Source: an uncultured Muribaculaceae bacterium
GTDB taxonomy: Bacteria > Bacillota_I > Bacilli_A > RF39 > UBA660
DNA length: 49,803 bases
Reading direction: 5' to 3'
NCBI GenBank assembly: GCA_964372145.1
Contig: CAYJPM010000001.1
Location: forward strand, 4,104-53,906
Shown piece by piece: positions 25,730 to 35,037 of the stretch (positions within the stretch are counted from its first letter, which is position 1; each line of letters begins with the position of its first letter). The notes below the pieces were generated by a model that made no database searches, was not told where the DNA came from, and was given only the letters and a program-made list of their open reading frames with translations. Both the position numbers and the translations under genes were made by a program.

Positions 25730-26371
25730 TTAATTATTACTAAATAACAATTCACTTTCAAGTTTATTTCCTGAATTAATAGCTTGATTAACATCAAGGT
25801 TAATATAAGTAATCTTAACATTCCATTCATGACTATTTATATCCGGATATGTTGTACTGATAGATACACTATCATTAATATTAAATGTACCAGATTTAGT
25901 TGTTATATCAAAACCAGCTATAACTTCATTAGTTACTGAATCAGTTACAGTAACGTATTCTAAACCAGGAATACTAGTTATTGTATGACCATCATAATCA
26001 AATATTTCTAAAATAATTTCAGGAGTATTAACATCTTTAGAATAAACAAATTCGTTGTTCGATATTAAAAATGAAACTGAATAATTTTCAGTTAAATCTA
26101 CTTCAGTTTCATCAGTATTAATTATAACAGTTGAAGTTGTAGTAGTAAAAACATTATCCCCACCTTCTGCAAAATTATCTACTGTTACAAGTAAATTTAA
26201 AGGTTCACCAGGAATAAATGTTAAACCTTTGTCAAAATTACTAACTATTCCTGTATTAGTAACAGCGTCGCTAGTAACATATAATGCAAAATAACCAAAA
26301 GACACACCAAATAATGATATCAAACAAACAATTATAATAATTAAAAAAGTATTTCTCATTTTTAAATTCAT
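25730..26371 (-). CDS. Hypothetical secreted/membrane-anchored beta-rich protein (possibly TasA/camelysin-like)
   Basis: N-terminal signal or anchor ending ...LFGVSFGYFALYVTSD, followed by T/S/V/N-rich sequence. It is monocistronic, with its own SD and terminator. The functional call is weak. Confidence 0.45.
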   Translation of the reverse strand: MNLKMRNTFLIIIIVCLISLFGVSFGYFALYVTSDAVTNTGIVSNFDKGLTFIPGEPLNLLVTVDNFAEGGDNVFTTTTSTVIINTDETEVDLTENYSVSFLISNNEFVYSKDVNTPEIILEIFDYDGHTITSIPGLEYVTVTDSVTNEVIAGFDITTKSGTFNINDSVSISTTYPDINSHEWNVKITYINLDVNQAINSGNKLESELLFSNN

Positions 26372-26447
26372 TGTACATACCTCACTATGATATTAGTGTA
26401 ACATAATATATTTTAATCTTCAATATATTATTTTATTTATAAAATAG

Positions 26448-26476
26448 TTGGAAATATCTCTTTTTTAAGATATAAT
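26448..26476 (+). promoter_or_regulatory. Putative sigma-A promoter of ftsK (TTGGAA-17 nt-TATAAT)
   Basis: TTGGAA at 26448-26453, TATAAT at 26471-26476, GGTGA SD at 26483-26487 and ATG at 26494. Confidence 0.5.
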
Positions 26477-26493
26477 TATTATGGTGATAGAAT

Positions 26494-28722
26494 ATGGCAA
26501 AAAGAAAAAAATCAAAGCAAACCAATGAAAGTTTTGGATATAGTATAGAATTAACAGGATTAATTCTAATATTAATAGGAATAATCGGATTCGGATTCGG
26601 TTACGTAGGAACCATGATTAAAAAATTCTCAATGTTTTTAGGCGGTACATATTGGTTCATTATATTAATAGCCATATTAGCAGTTGGAATATACATGTTA
26701 TTTAAAAGAAAAATGCCTAACTTTTTTAGTATTAAATTGATAGGATTTTACATTTTAGTAATAGCATTACTTTCGTTTTCTCATTTAGAATTCCTAAATG
26801 AAGAAGCAAGTTTTGAAGGTATATTTACAGAAACATATGATAATTTTATTAAAAGAATAAATACCCTTTCTAATACGGATTCCCTTACTTCAAGTGGAAC
26901 AACTAATATTACTATCGGCGGCGGATTAACTGGAGCATTATTTACTTCAATATTTTATACAATCGCAGGTGTTACAGGAAGTAAAGTTATTTTAATAATA
27001 TTAGTTATTTTTGGATTTATACTAGCATTTAATATGAATATATCAGATATACTAAATAATATAGTTAGTTTCTTCAAAAAAATATTCAAAAGTAATAAAG
27101 TTAAAAAAGATCATGTTTTAGATGATAATGGTGATTTAGATATTGAAGATGAAGTCATAATTGAACAACCTAAAAAAGATGATAAAATTATTATTACTAG
27201 TATTGATCAAATAAAAAGTAAACCGGTTGAAGAAAAAGTTGATACAAATTTAGTTAGCTTAGATAAAGAAGTAGAAAATGCTGAAAACAATTATAAACTT
27301 CCTACTTTTAATATATTAAATCCTATTAAGATTGATAAGAATCCTATCAATGTAGAAGAACCTAAAAAGAACAAAGTTATTTTAGAAAGAGTTATTAAAG
27401 ATTTTGGTATTGATGCTAAAGTAATAGGTATTCAAGTTGGACCAGCTGTTACACAATATGAAATAACTGTACCACACGGGACTAAAGTTAATAAAATAAC
27501 ATCAATCAATAAAGAAATAGCACTTGCAATGGCTGCTAAAGATGTAAGAATTGAAGCACCTATTCCAGGTAAAAGTTCAATTGGTATAGAAATACCGAAC
27601 GGAAGTATAAGCATGGTTGCGTTTAGAGAAGTTCTTGAAGCAACTAGAAATGTAGAATCAGATAATAAAATATTAGTAACACTTGGAAAAGATTTAATGG
27701 GTAGAAGTATTTTAGAAGACATAGCTAAAATGCCACATTTACTAGTAGCGGGTTCTACTGGTTCAGGTAAATCAGTATGTATAAATTCAATTATTTCATC
27801 AATTTTAATGAGATATAAACCTAGTGATGTTAAACTTGTATTAGTAGATCCTAAAAAGGTGGAACTTACAAACTATAATGGTATACCTCACCTACTATGT
27901 CCTGTAGTTAGTGATCCAAAAAAAGCTAGTATTACACTACAAAAAATAGTAGCTGAAATGGAAAAAAGATATGACACATTTAGTGAAAAACATTTTAAAA
28001 ATATCGCAGGATATAATGAATGGATAGCTAAAGAAAATAAAAAACATCCAGAAACACCTATGGCAAAAATGCCATATATTGTTGTTATAATCGATGAACT
28101 TGCAGACCTTATGTTAGTAGCTTCTAAAGAAGTTGAAGATTCTATCATGAGAATTACACAAATGGCAAGAGCTGCTGGTATACATTTAATAGTAGCAACA
28201 CAAAGACCATCAACAGATGTAATTACAGGTTTAATTAAAAATAACATTCCATCAAGAATAGCTTTCTCAGTTTCAAGCCAAATAGATTCAAGAACTATAT
28301 TAGATATGGGTGGAGCTGAAAAATTATTAGGTAAAGGAGATATGCTTTACCTACCAATGGGAGAAAATACTCCTAAACGTATTCAAGGTTGTTTTATTGC
28401 AGATAATGAAATTGCTAAACTTATAGACCATTGTTGTAAAGAATTAACAGTAAAATATGATGAAGAACTTGTAAACAGCAAACCAAATACATCAAGTGGA
28501 TCTTCTAACAGCGACGGTGGAGATGATCCAATGTATAATGAAGTTGTAGAATTTGCAATTGAAACTGGTAAAATAAGCGCTTCCCTACTTCAAAGAAGAT
28601 TTAGATTCGGTTATAATAGAGCTGCAAGAATTGTTGATTTATTAGAATCAAGAGGAATAGTAGGACCACAAAATGGTTCAAAACCTAGAGAAGTATTGGT
28701 AAAATTAGAGTCAAATGATTGA
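26494..28722 (+). CDS. ftsK: DNA translocase FtsK/SpoIIIE
   Basis: N-terminal TM segments, a linker, then the motor domain with Walker A GSTGSGKS and Walker B IVVIIDELADL. C-terminal gamma (winged-helix) domain ISASLLQRRFRFGYNRAARIVD. Ends in TGA. Confidence 0.9.
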   Translation: MAKRKKSKQTNESFGYSIELTGLILILIGIIGFGFGYVGTMIKKFSMFLGGTYWFIILIAILAVGIYMLFKRKMPNFFSIKLIGFYILVIALLSFSHLEFLNEEASFEGIFTETYDNFIKRINTLSNTDSLTSSGTTNITIGGGLTGALFTSIFYTIAGVTGSKVILIILVIFGFILAFNMNISDILNNIVSFFKKIFKSNKVKKDHVLDDNGDLDIEDEVIIEQPKKDDKIIITSIDQIKSKPVEEKVDTNLVSLDKEVENAENNYKLPTFNILNPIKIDKNPINVEEPKKNKVILERVIKDFGIDAKVIGIQVGPAVTQYEITVPHGTKVNKITSINKEIALAMAAKDVRIEAPIPGKSSIGIEIPNGSISMVAFREVLEATRNVESDNKILVTLGKDLMGRSILEDIAKMPHLLVAGSTGSGKSVCINSIISSILMRYKPSDVKLVLVDPKKVELTNYNGIPHLLCPVVSDPKKASITLQKIVAEMEKRYDTFSEKHFKNIAGYNEWIAKENKKHPETPMAKMPYIVVIIDELADLMLVASKEVEDSIMRITQMARAAGIHLIVATQRPSTDVITGLIKNNIPSRIAFSVSSQIDSRTILDMGGAEKLLGKGDMLYLPMGENTPKRIQGCFIADNEIAKLIDHCCKELTVKYDEELVNSKPNTSSGSSNSDGGDDPMYNEVVEFAIETGKISASLLQRRFRFGYNRAARIVDLLESRGIVGPQNGSKPREVLVKLESND

Positions 28723-28775
28723 AAATGATTCTTAAATTTATTAATTTATGATAAAATGTAATGGAGGGATATTAT

Positions 28776-29309
28776 ATGACAGTAACTAAAAGTAGATACA
28801 TTCCAACTAAGAATTATTTTATTGCAGCAGCAGTATTAATCGGAGTAATACTATTATTTATTTATATTTTTGAATGGTACAACGTTAAAAATAAAGAAGA
28901 ATTATTAAATAGTTATTTATTAGAAACTAATACACTTAGTTTAGAAATAAATACAATTGAAGAACTTGAAGGAATATTACTAGAACAACCTGAAAATTAT
29001 TTTATATTTACAGGTTACACTGGTGATGAAATTGAAAAAGAATTAGAAAAAGATTTAAAAAATGTAATTGATGATTATCACTTACATTCAAATTTTTATT
29101 ATTTCAACGTAACAGAATTAAAAGATGATGAAAATTTTATTAAAGAATTAAGTGATACACTAAATTACGACATTAATACTTTACCTAGTATAATATATAT
29201 ACTAGAAGGAAACGTTGAAAGTGTTGTTGACAAAGATAACAATGAATACCTTGAAGTAGAAGATTTCAAAAATCTATTACAAGAAGAAAATTTCGAAAAA
29301 GGACTATAG
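28776..29309 (+). CDS. Hypothetical membrane-anchored protein
   Basis: ORF with GGAGGG SD before the ATG at 28776 (the ORF-track start at 28761 lies in the SD). It has one TM helix and an acidic extracytoplasmic domain. No motif recognised. Confidence 0.5.
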   Translation: MTVTKSRYIPTKNYFIAAAVLIGVILLFIYIFEWYNVKNKEELLNSYLLETNTLSLEINTIEELEGILLEQPENYFIFTGYTGDEIEKELEKDLKNVIDDYHLHSNFYYFNVTELKDDENFIKELSDTLNYDINTLPSIIYILEGNVESVVDKDNNEYLEVEDFKNLLQEENFEKGL

Positions 29310-29335
29310 GTCTTTTTTTAATATAAGGAGATAAA

Positions 29336-29845
29336 ATGATTAATATAGTATTATTTGAACCAGAAATACCACAAAACACAGGAAACATAATGAGAACGTG
29401 CATTGCAACTAACTCAAAGTTACATTTAATCAAACCATTAGGATTTAGTTTAGATGAAAAAAACTTAAGAAGAAGTGGCGTTGATTATATTGATAAAATC
29501 GATTTAAGTATATATGAAAATGTAGATGAATTCTTTTCTAAAAATAATGGTGAGTTTTATTTTCTAACTAGATATGGTCATAAACCACATACTGAATTTA
29601 ATTATAGCGATGAAAATAAAAACTACTATTTTATGTTTGGTAAAGAAAGCACAGGTATACCTAAAGATATTTTAAAAGGTCATTTAGATAACTGTATGAG
29701 AATGCCGATGAGTGATAATGTTAGATCACTTAACTTGTCTAATACTGTCGCTATCATGACGTATGAAGTATTAAGACAACAAAACTACCCGAACCTATGT
29801 TTTGATGAACCACATAAAAGTAAATTTGAAATTGAAAACAATTAA
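29336..29845 (+). CDS. trmL: tRNA (cytidine/uridine-34 2'-O)-methyltransferase TrmL (SpoU/TrmH family)
   Basis: MINIVLFEPEIPQNTGNIMRTC... and LNLSNTVAIMTYEVLRQ motifs, with the typical size of about 165 aa. AAGGAG SD. Confidence 0.85.
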   Translation: MINIVLFEPEIPQNTGNIMRTCIATNSKLHLIKPLGFSLDEKNLRRSGVDYIDKIDLSIYENVDEFFSKNNGEFYFLTRYGHKPHTEFNYSDENKNYYFMFGKESTGIPKDILKGHLDNCMRMPMSDNVRSLNLSNTVAIMTYEVLRQQNYPNLCFDEPHKSKFEIENN

Positions 29846-29846
29846 A

Positions 29847-29870
29847 AAAAAGTAACTAAAGTTACTTTTT
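29847..29870. terminator. Bidirectional hairpin terminator between convergent trmL and permease genes
   Basis: 10-bp stem AAAAAGTAAC / GTTACTTTTT with loop TAAA. It is flanked by A-runs and T-runs on both strands and overlaps the last codons of the permease gene. Confidence 0.55.
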
Positions 29871-31142
29871 ATTTGGAATAATTATATTAAGTACTATACC
29901 AACTAAAGCAGCAATACCCATATCAGATACATATAAAGGTATATCTAACAAATTAAATATATATGTACTACCACCTAATCCTACTAATAACATTATTATA
30001 ATAATAAAGATATTTTTAAACTTTGTTAGTTTAACATTATTTGTATTTAATATCCTATAACCATTAAAAGCTATATACCCATATAATAAGAGTCCTACAC
30101 CATTTAACACTGCTGATGGTATACTTTCCATCAAATACAGTAAAGGTCCTAAAAAGGCTATAAAAATCACTATTAACGACGCAATAAATAAAGTTATCGT
30201 AGATGCTACTTTAGATATACCTACTACTGAAGTATTTTCACCATATATACTTAAGACTGGTCCACCTATAAAACTAGAAAATATATTTGCCAAACCATTA
30301 CCTAAAAGAGTTTTATCAACACCAGGATCTTTAATTAAATCCTTATTTATAATACCACCTAAAGCACTATGTGTTCCAATATGTTCAGGAATAGTAACTA
30401 TTACTAAAGGAATCAAATAAATTAACGCTTCTAAATTAAATGTATAGTCAATATAAGGTAATTCAAAAGTTGGCAAAACAAATAAAGAAACACTATTTAT
30501 ATTATCTATATTAAACATACCATATAAATATGCAATAATACATCCAAATAATATACCAAATATAAAAGGTGATGATTTAAAAATTCCTTTTCCAAATAAT
30601 GAAAACAATGAACTAATAATTAAAGTAGATAACGCTACTAATAAAACATCATAATTAACTATACCATCTAAAGTTATACCTATATTAGTTATTGAATTTA
30701 ACATAAGTGATAACCCAATAATTATTACCATTGATCCTGTTACTAAAGGTGGAAATAATTTAAAAATCCATTTCTTACTAAATAACTTTATTATAAAAGA
30801 TACAATTACATATATTATACCTATCGCAAGTATACCAGCAAATATACCACCTATTCCAGCTTTAAGATATCCTAAAATAAGTGGAGTTACATAAGTAAAA
30901 GCACTTCCTAAATAACCTGGAGATTTGCCTTTAGTTATTAAAAGATAAATAATTGTACCAATACCAGATGCAATCAAAGTAGTAGATATTGAAAATACTT
31001 CATAACCCGCTCCTTCATTTATTAATGTAGGAACTAAAATAGTTGATGCAAACATAGCAAATACATGTTGCAATGCAACTAATATTATAGTCTTAAGATC
31101 AGGTTTATCTAAAACATCATATATCATTTTATTTTTTTTCAT
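29862..31142 (-). CDS. NCS2-family nucleobase permease (uracil/xanthine permease-like)
   Basis: 426 aa and polytopic. The N-terminus ...DKPDLKTIILVALQHVFAMFASTILVPTLI is UraA/PyrP-like. GGAG SD. Confidence 0.8.
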   Translation of the reverse strand: MKKNKMIYDVLDKPDLKTIILVALQHVFAMFASTILVPTLINEGAGYEVFSISTTLIASGIGTIIYLLITKGKSPGYLGSAFTYVTPLILGYLKAGIGGIFAGILAIGIIYVIVSFIIKLFSKKWIFKLFPPLVTGSMVIIIGLSLMLNSITNIGITLDGIVNYDVLLVALSTLIISSLFSLFGKGIFKSSPFIFGILFGCIIAYLYGMFNIDNINSVSLFVLPTFELPYIDYTFNLEALIYLIPLVIVTIPEHIGTHSALGGIINKDLIKDPGVDKTLLGNGLANIFSSFIGGPVLSIYGENTSVVGISKVASTITLFIASLIVIFIAFLGPLLYLMESIPSAVLNGVGLLLYGYIAFNGYRILNTNNVKLTKFKNIFIIIIMLLVGLGGSTYIFNLLDIPLYVSDMGIAALVGIVLNIIIPNKK

Positions 31143-31191
31143 ATTACTCCACTTCTACTTTAATAAATATATCATAATTTTAAAAAGCAAA

Positions 31192-31225
31192 CAACAAAAA
31201 AACATTAAGAATAAATCTTAATGTT
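31192..31225 (-). terminator. Rho-independent terminator of the five-tRNA operon
   Basis: Perfect 10-bp stem AACATTAAGA / TCTTAATGTT (31201-31210 / 31216-31225) with loop ATAAA, followed on the minus strand by TTTTTTGTTG. Confidence 0.7.
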
Positions 31226-31235
31226 AATTTTCAAA

Positions 31236-31311
31236 TGGTGTCTCGTATGCGACTCGAACGCATGACCCTTTGATTAAAAGTCAAATGCTCTACCAACTGA
31301 GCTAACGGAAC
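31236..31311 (-). tRNA. tRNA-Lys (anticodon UUU)
   Basis: Cloverleaf read by eye: GTTCCGT-TA-GCTC...GAGC, anticodon loop CTTTTAA, T-loop TTCGAGT, encoded CCA. There is one C4-A69 mismatch in the acceptor stem. Confidence 0.85.
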
Positions 31312-31337
31312 ATATTGTGTTGAGTGCCTCTAAAAGA

Positions 31338-31413
31338 TGGCTGCCTCGGATGGATTCGAACCATCGGAATGTCAGAGTCAAAGTCTGATGCCTTACCGCT
31401 TGGCTACGAGGCA
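31338..31413 (-). tRNA. tRNA-Gln (anticodon UUG)
   Basis: Acceptor TGCCTCG/CGAGGCA, anticodon stem-loop TCAGA-CTTTGAC-TCTGA, T-loop TTCGAAT, encoded CCA. Confidence 0.85.
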
Positions 31414-31420
31414 ATAAATC

Positions 31421-31504
31421 TGGTGGAGAGACATGGATTTGAACCATGGAACCCTAAGGAACAGATTTACAGTCTGCCGCGTTTGGCCACTTCGCTACCT
31501 CTCC
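31421..31504 (-). tRNA. tRNA-Tyr (anticodon GUA), long variable arm
   Basis: GGAGAGG...anticodon loop CTGTAAA...long variable arm...TTCAAAT T-loop...CCTCTCC-A-CCA. Length 84 nt. Confidence 0.85.
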
Positions 31505-31511
31505 AACAAAA

Positions 31512-31587
31512 TGGTGCCGACAGAGGGACTCGAACCCCCAACCTACTGATTACAAGTCAGTTGCGCTACCAATTACGCTATGTCGGC
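31512..31587 (-). tRNA. tRNA-Thr (anticodon UGU)
   Basis: GCCGACA-TA-GCG...anticodon stem-loop ACTGA-CTTGTAA-TCAGT, T-loop TTCGAGT, TGTCGGC-A-CCA. Confidence 0.85.
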
Positions 31588-31596
31588 AAATTAAAA

Positions 31597-31673
31597 TGGT
31601 GGGCGATACAGGACTCGAACCTGTGACCCCCTGCTTGTAAGGCAGGTGCTCTAACCAACTGAGCTAATCGCCC
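31597..31673 (-). tRNA. tRNA-Val (anticodon UAC)
   Basis: GGGCGAT-TA-GCTCAGTTGGTTAGAGC, anticodon stem-loop CTGCC-TTACAAG-CAGG, T-loop TTCGAGT, ATCGCCC-A-CCA. Confidence 0.85.
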
Positions 31674-31705
31674 ATCTTTGAGATACATTTCTCAGGACAC
31701 TTAAA

Positions 31706-31734
31706 ATTATACTATAATATATTAGTATTTGCAA
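31706..31734 (-). promoter_or_regulatory. Promoter of the tRNA operon (TTGCAA-17 nt-TATAAT)
   Basis: On the minus strand: TTGCAA (31729-31734), a 17-nt spacer, then TATAAT (31706-31711), about 30 nt upstream of tRNA-Val. Confidence 0.6.
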
Positions 31735-31817
31735 TAAAAATATACTAAAATTTGAAATTTTTGTAACATTTTAGCTTTTATCCCCTATTTTAAAGCAAAA
31801 ATGCTATTATATACCCC

Positions 31818-33152
31818 ATGAAATTGAATGAAATACAAGAGAAAATAATAAATTCTAACGATAACTTATTAGTAATCGCTGGTGCTGGATGTGGTAAAAC
31901 AAAATGCATTATCGAAAAAGTAAATATTTTATTAAAATATATAAAACCAGAAGAAATATTAATAATATCATTTACTAATGAAACAGTTAATAATTTAAAA
32001 ATAAAAATTAATAAAGATGTAAATATATTTACATTCCATAAATTATCTATAAATATATTAAAAAATAATAATTACGAGTATAAACTATGTAATGAAAATT
32101 TATTGAAATATATAATTGATGAATATTTTATATCTATTATAAATAATACAAATATAAAAAAATTAAAATTATACTATTTAAGATTTAATTACAAAAAATT
32201 ACTATCATCAGAAAATATAAATAACTTAAAAAATACAATATATACATTCATAAAAATTATGCAATGCAACAATTATGATATTAACTATTTATATGATTTG
32301 TACTATAATTCAAAAAACTATATAATATATGAAATTATAATAAATATATATAAGTTATATAATTATGAAAAAAGTAGCCAACAATTATTAGATTTAGATG
32401 ATTTAATAATTATTGCAAATAACATATCTAAAAATATAAAATTTAATTATAAATATATCTTTATTGATGAATTTCAAGACACATCAGAAATAAGATTTAA
32501 TTTAATATATAATATATTTAACAATAGTAATTCTAAAATAAATTTTTTTGGTGATGATTATCAATCTATATACGCATTTTCTGGTTGTAAATTAGATATA
32601 ATGCTAAATATACAAAATAAAATAACAGATATTAAAACTATAATTATGAATGAAAATTATAGATCAGATAACTATTTAATTCAAAAAGCTAATAAGTTTA
32701 TAATTAAAAACAAAAAACAAATACCAAAAAAAATATATAGTAATATACATATAAATAACTCAATTAATTATATATATTATTCAAACATTTCTAATTCATT
32801 TAATAAATTAATTGATAAAATAAAATATGAAACAAATGACATCATGATTCTTAGTAGATATAAACACGATTTTAAAGATATAACTACTAACTATAAATGT
32901 TTAACTATCCATGAATCTAAAGGCTTAGAAGCAGATTATATTATAATATTAAATTTAACTAATAGTAGATATGGTTTTCCTTCTAAAATCAAAGATAATA
33001 ATATTCTAAAACCATTAAATACATTAAATGAAAATATAAAATATCCTGAAGAAAGAAGATTATTTTATGTAGCAGTAACAAGATGTAAAAAAAAGGTATT
33101 TTTACTAATACCTTTTTCAAATAAATCAAAATTTATAAAAGAATTTAATTAA
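31818..33152 (+). CDS. Short UvrD/Rep superfamily-1 helicase (helicase-IV-like core)
   Basis: SF1 motifs in order: GAGCGKT (I), ISFTN (Ia), IFIDEFQDT (II), GDDYQSIYAF (III), NYRS (IV), TIHESKGLEADY (V), YVAVTRCKK (VI), plus RYGFPS. Extremely N/I/K-rich. No SD before the ATG. Confidence 0.7.
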   Translation: MKLNEIQEKIINSNDNLLVIAGAGCGKTKCIIEKVNILLKYIKPEEILIISFTNETVNNLKIKINKDVNIFTFHKLSINILKNNNYEYKLCNENLLKYIIDEYFISIINNTNIKKLKLYYLRFNYKKLLSSENINNLKNTIYTFIKIMQCNNYDINYLYDLYYNSKNYIIYEIIINIYKLYNYEKSSQQLLDLDDLIIIANNISKNIKFNYKYIFIDEFQDTSEIRFNLIYNIFNNSNSKINFFGDDYQSIYAFSGCKLDIMLNIQNKITDIKTIIMNENYRSDNYLIQKANKFIIKNKKQIPKKIYSNIHINNSINYIYYSNISNSFNKLIDKIKYETNDIMILSRYKHDFKDITTNYKCLTIHESKGLEADYIIILNLTNSRYGFPSKIKDNNILKPLNTLNENIKYPEERRLFYVAVTRCKKKVFLLIPFSNKSKFIKEFN

Positions 33153-34969
33153 TTATTCTTTTTATTTCTAGAATCAAATTTCTTTCTTTCATCTGTATTT
33201 AAAATTTTCTTTCTTAATCTTAAATTATTTGGAGTAATTTCTAATAATTCATCACTATTTAAGAATTCTAAAGAAGCTTCTAAAGATAATATTTTAGGTC
33301 TTTTTAATACTACCGTTTTATCAGCACTAGCTGCTCTAGTATTTGTTAATTGTTTACCTTTAACTATATTTACTGCTAAATCATTATCTTTATTACATTC
33401 ACCAATAATCATACCTTCATATACATCAGTTCCTGGTTCAATAAATAAAATACCTCTATCTTCTAAAGAGTTAGCAGCATAAGCAGTAGCTTTACCATTT
33501 TCCATAGATACAAGTACACCAAGTTTTCTTTCAGCAAGAATGCCAGTTACATGTTTTTTATATTCACTAAATGTATGATTTAAAATACCATAACCTTTAG
33601 TTACTGTCATAAATTCAGTATTAAATCCAATTAACCCTCTTGAAGGTATTGAATAAATTAATCTGTTAATTTCACCTATCTTAGATACACTTATTAAATC
33701 ACCACCACGAGTCCCTAAACTTTCAATAACAGAACCCATCGCATCATCAGCAACTTCTATTTGTACATCTTCAAATGGTTCACATTTAACACCATCTATT
33801 TCTTTTATAATAACTTCTGGTTTAGAAACTTGAAGTTCAAAACCTTCTCTTCTCATATTTTCAATTAATATTGATAAATGAAGTTCTCCTCTACCAGATA
33901 CTATCCAAGAATCATTACCAGTTTTTTCAACCTTTAATGAAACATCTTTTTGAGTTTCTCTAGTTAATCTTTCTTCTATTTTAGATGCAGTAACTGTTTT
34001 ACCATCTTTACCAACAAATGGACTATTATTAGTCATAAATGTCATTTTTAAAGTTGGTTCATCAATTCTAAGTATAGGAAGAGCGCTTTCTTTTCCAACA
34101 TTACATAATGTTTCACCAACAGATATATCCATTAAACCAGCAACTGCTACGATATCTCCAGCTTCTGCTTCATTAATTTCAATTCTTTTAAGACCAATAA
34201 AACCAAATAATTTTTGAATTCTAAAATCTTTTTTAGTTCCGTCTAATCTCATACAAGTAACCATTTCATTAACTTTAATCTTACCTGATTTAACTCTACC
34301 AATACCAATTCTACCAACAAAGTCATTATAATCAAGTAAAGCAGGTTGAAATTGTAATATTCCATCCATATTTACATCTGGAGCTGGTATTTGATCTATT
34401 ACCATATCAAATAAAGGATTATAATCTTCATTTTGAGTATTTACATCTGGATCTAAACTACAAGTACCATTAATCGCAGATACATATGCTACTTTAAAAT
34501 CAAGTTGATCATCAGTTGCATTTAAATCCATAAATAACTCTAATACTTCATCTACTACATGATTAACTCTAGCAGTTGGTTTATCTACTTTATTAATTAC
34601 TACTATTGGTTTAATATTAGCTTCTAAAGCTTTTTTAAGTACAAATCTAGTTTGAGGCATAGGTCCTTCATAAGCATCTACAACTAATAATACACCATCA
34701 ACCATGTTCATGATTCTTTCAACTTCTCCACCAAAATCAGCATGTCCTGGAGTATCTAAGATATTAATTCTATAGTCATTATAATTTAAAGCAGTTGTTT
34801 TTGCTAAAATTGTAATTCCTCTTTCTCTTTCTAAGTCATTTGAATCCATTGCTCTTTCACTTACAATTTCATTATCTCTAAAAGTATGACTTTTCTTAAG
34901 TAATTGATCCACTAGTGTTGTTTTTCCATGGTCTACATGGGCAATTATTGCTATGTTTCTTTTTTTCAT
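33149..34969 (-). CDS. typA: Translational GTPase TypA/BipA
   Basis: [32 protein letters not shown] and NKVD G-motifs. 606 aa with a BipA-specific C-terminus. GAGGTAGGA SD. Confidence 0.95.
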   Translation of the reverse strand: MKKRNIAIIAHVDHGKTTLVDQLLKKSHTFRDNEIVSERAMDSNDLERERGITILAKTTALNYNDYRINILDTPGHADFGGEVERIMNMVDGVLLVVDAYEGPMPQTRFVLKKALEANIKPIVVINKVDKPTARVNHVVDEVLELFMDLNATDDQLDFKVAYVSAINGTCSLDPDVNTQNEDYNPLFDMVIDQIPAPDVNMDGILQFQPALLDYNDFVGRIGIGRVKSGKIKVNEMVTCMRLDGTKKDFRIQKLFGFIGLKRIEINEAEAGDIVAVAGLMDISVGETLCNVGKESALPILRIDEPTLKMTFMTNNSPFVGKDGKTVTASKIEERLTRETQKDVSLKVEKTGNDSWIVSGRGELHLSILIENMRREGFELQVSKPEVIIKEIDGVKCEPFEDVQIEVADDAMGSVIESLGTRGGDLISVSKIGEINRLIYSIPSRGLIGFNTEFMTVTKGYGILNHTFSEYKKHVTGILAERKLGVLVSMENGKATAYAANSLEDRGILFIEPGTDVYEGMIIGECNKDNDLAVNIVKGKQLTNTRAASADKTVVLKRPKILSLEASLEFLNSDELLEITPNNLRLRKKILNTDERKKFDSRNKKNN

Positions 34970-35005
34970 ATTCCTACCTCTTTTTCACACATGAGTGATT
35001 ATACC

Positions 35006-35037
35006 ATAAAAAAAGGAAATAACCAAGTTATTTCCTT
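35006..35037 (-). terminator. Rho-independent terminator after the ClpX-like gene
   Basis: 11-bp stem AAGGAAATAAC / GTTATTTCCTT (35013-35023 / 35027-35037) with loop CAA and a T-run on the minus strand. The stop codon lies in the stem. Confidence 0.7.

Noticed and set aside
31324-31626. 100-aa plus-strand ORF (GTG start) in the ORF track
   Set aside because: It lies entirely antisense to four tightly packed tRNA genes (Gln, Tyr, Thr, Val). Its open frame is a by-product of GC-rich tRNA sequence, and it has no SD.
31192-33152. Genomic island integrated at the tRNA cluster
   Set aside because: No integrase, no direct repeat of a tRNA 3' end, and only one atypical gene (the helicase). This is recorded as a compositional oddity, not as a mobile element.
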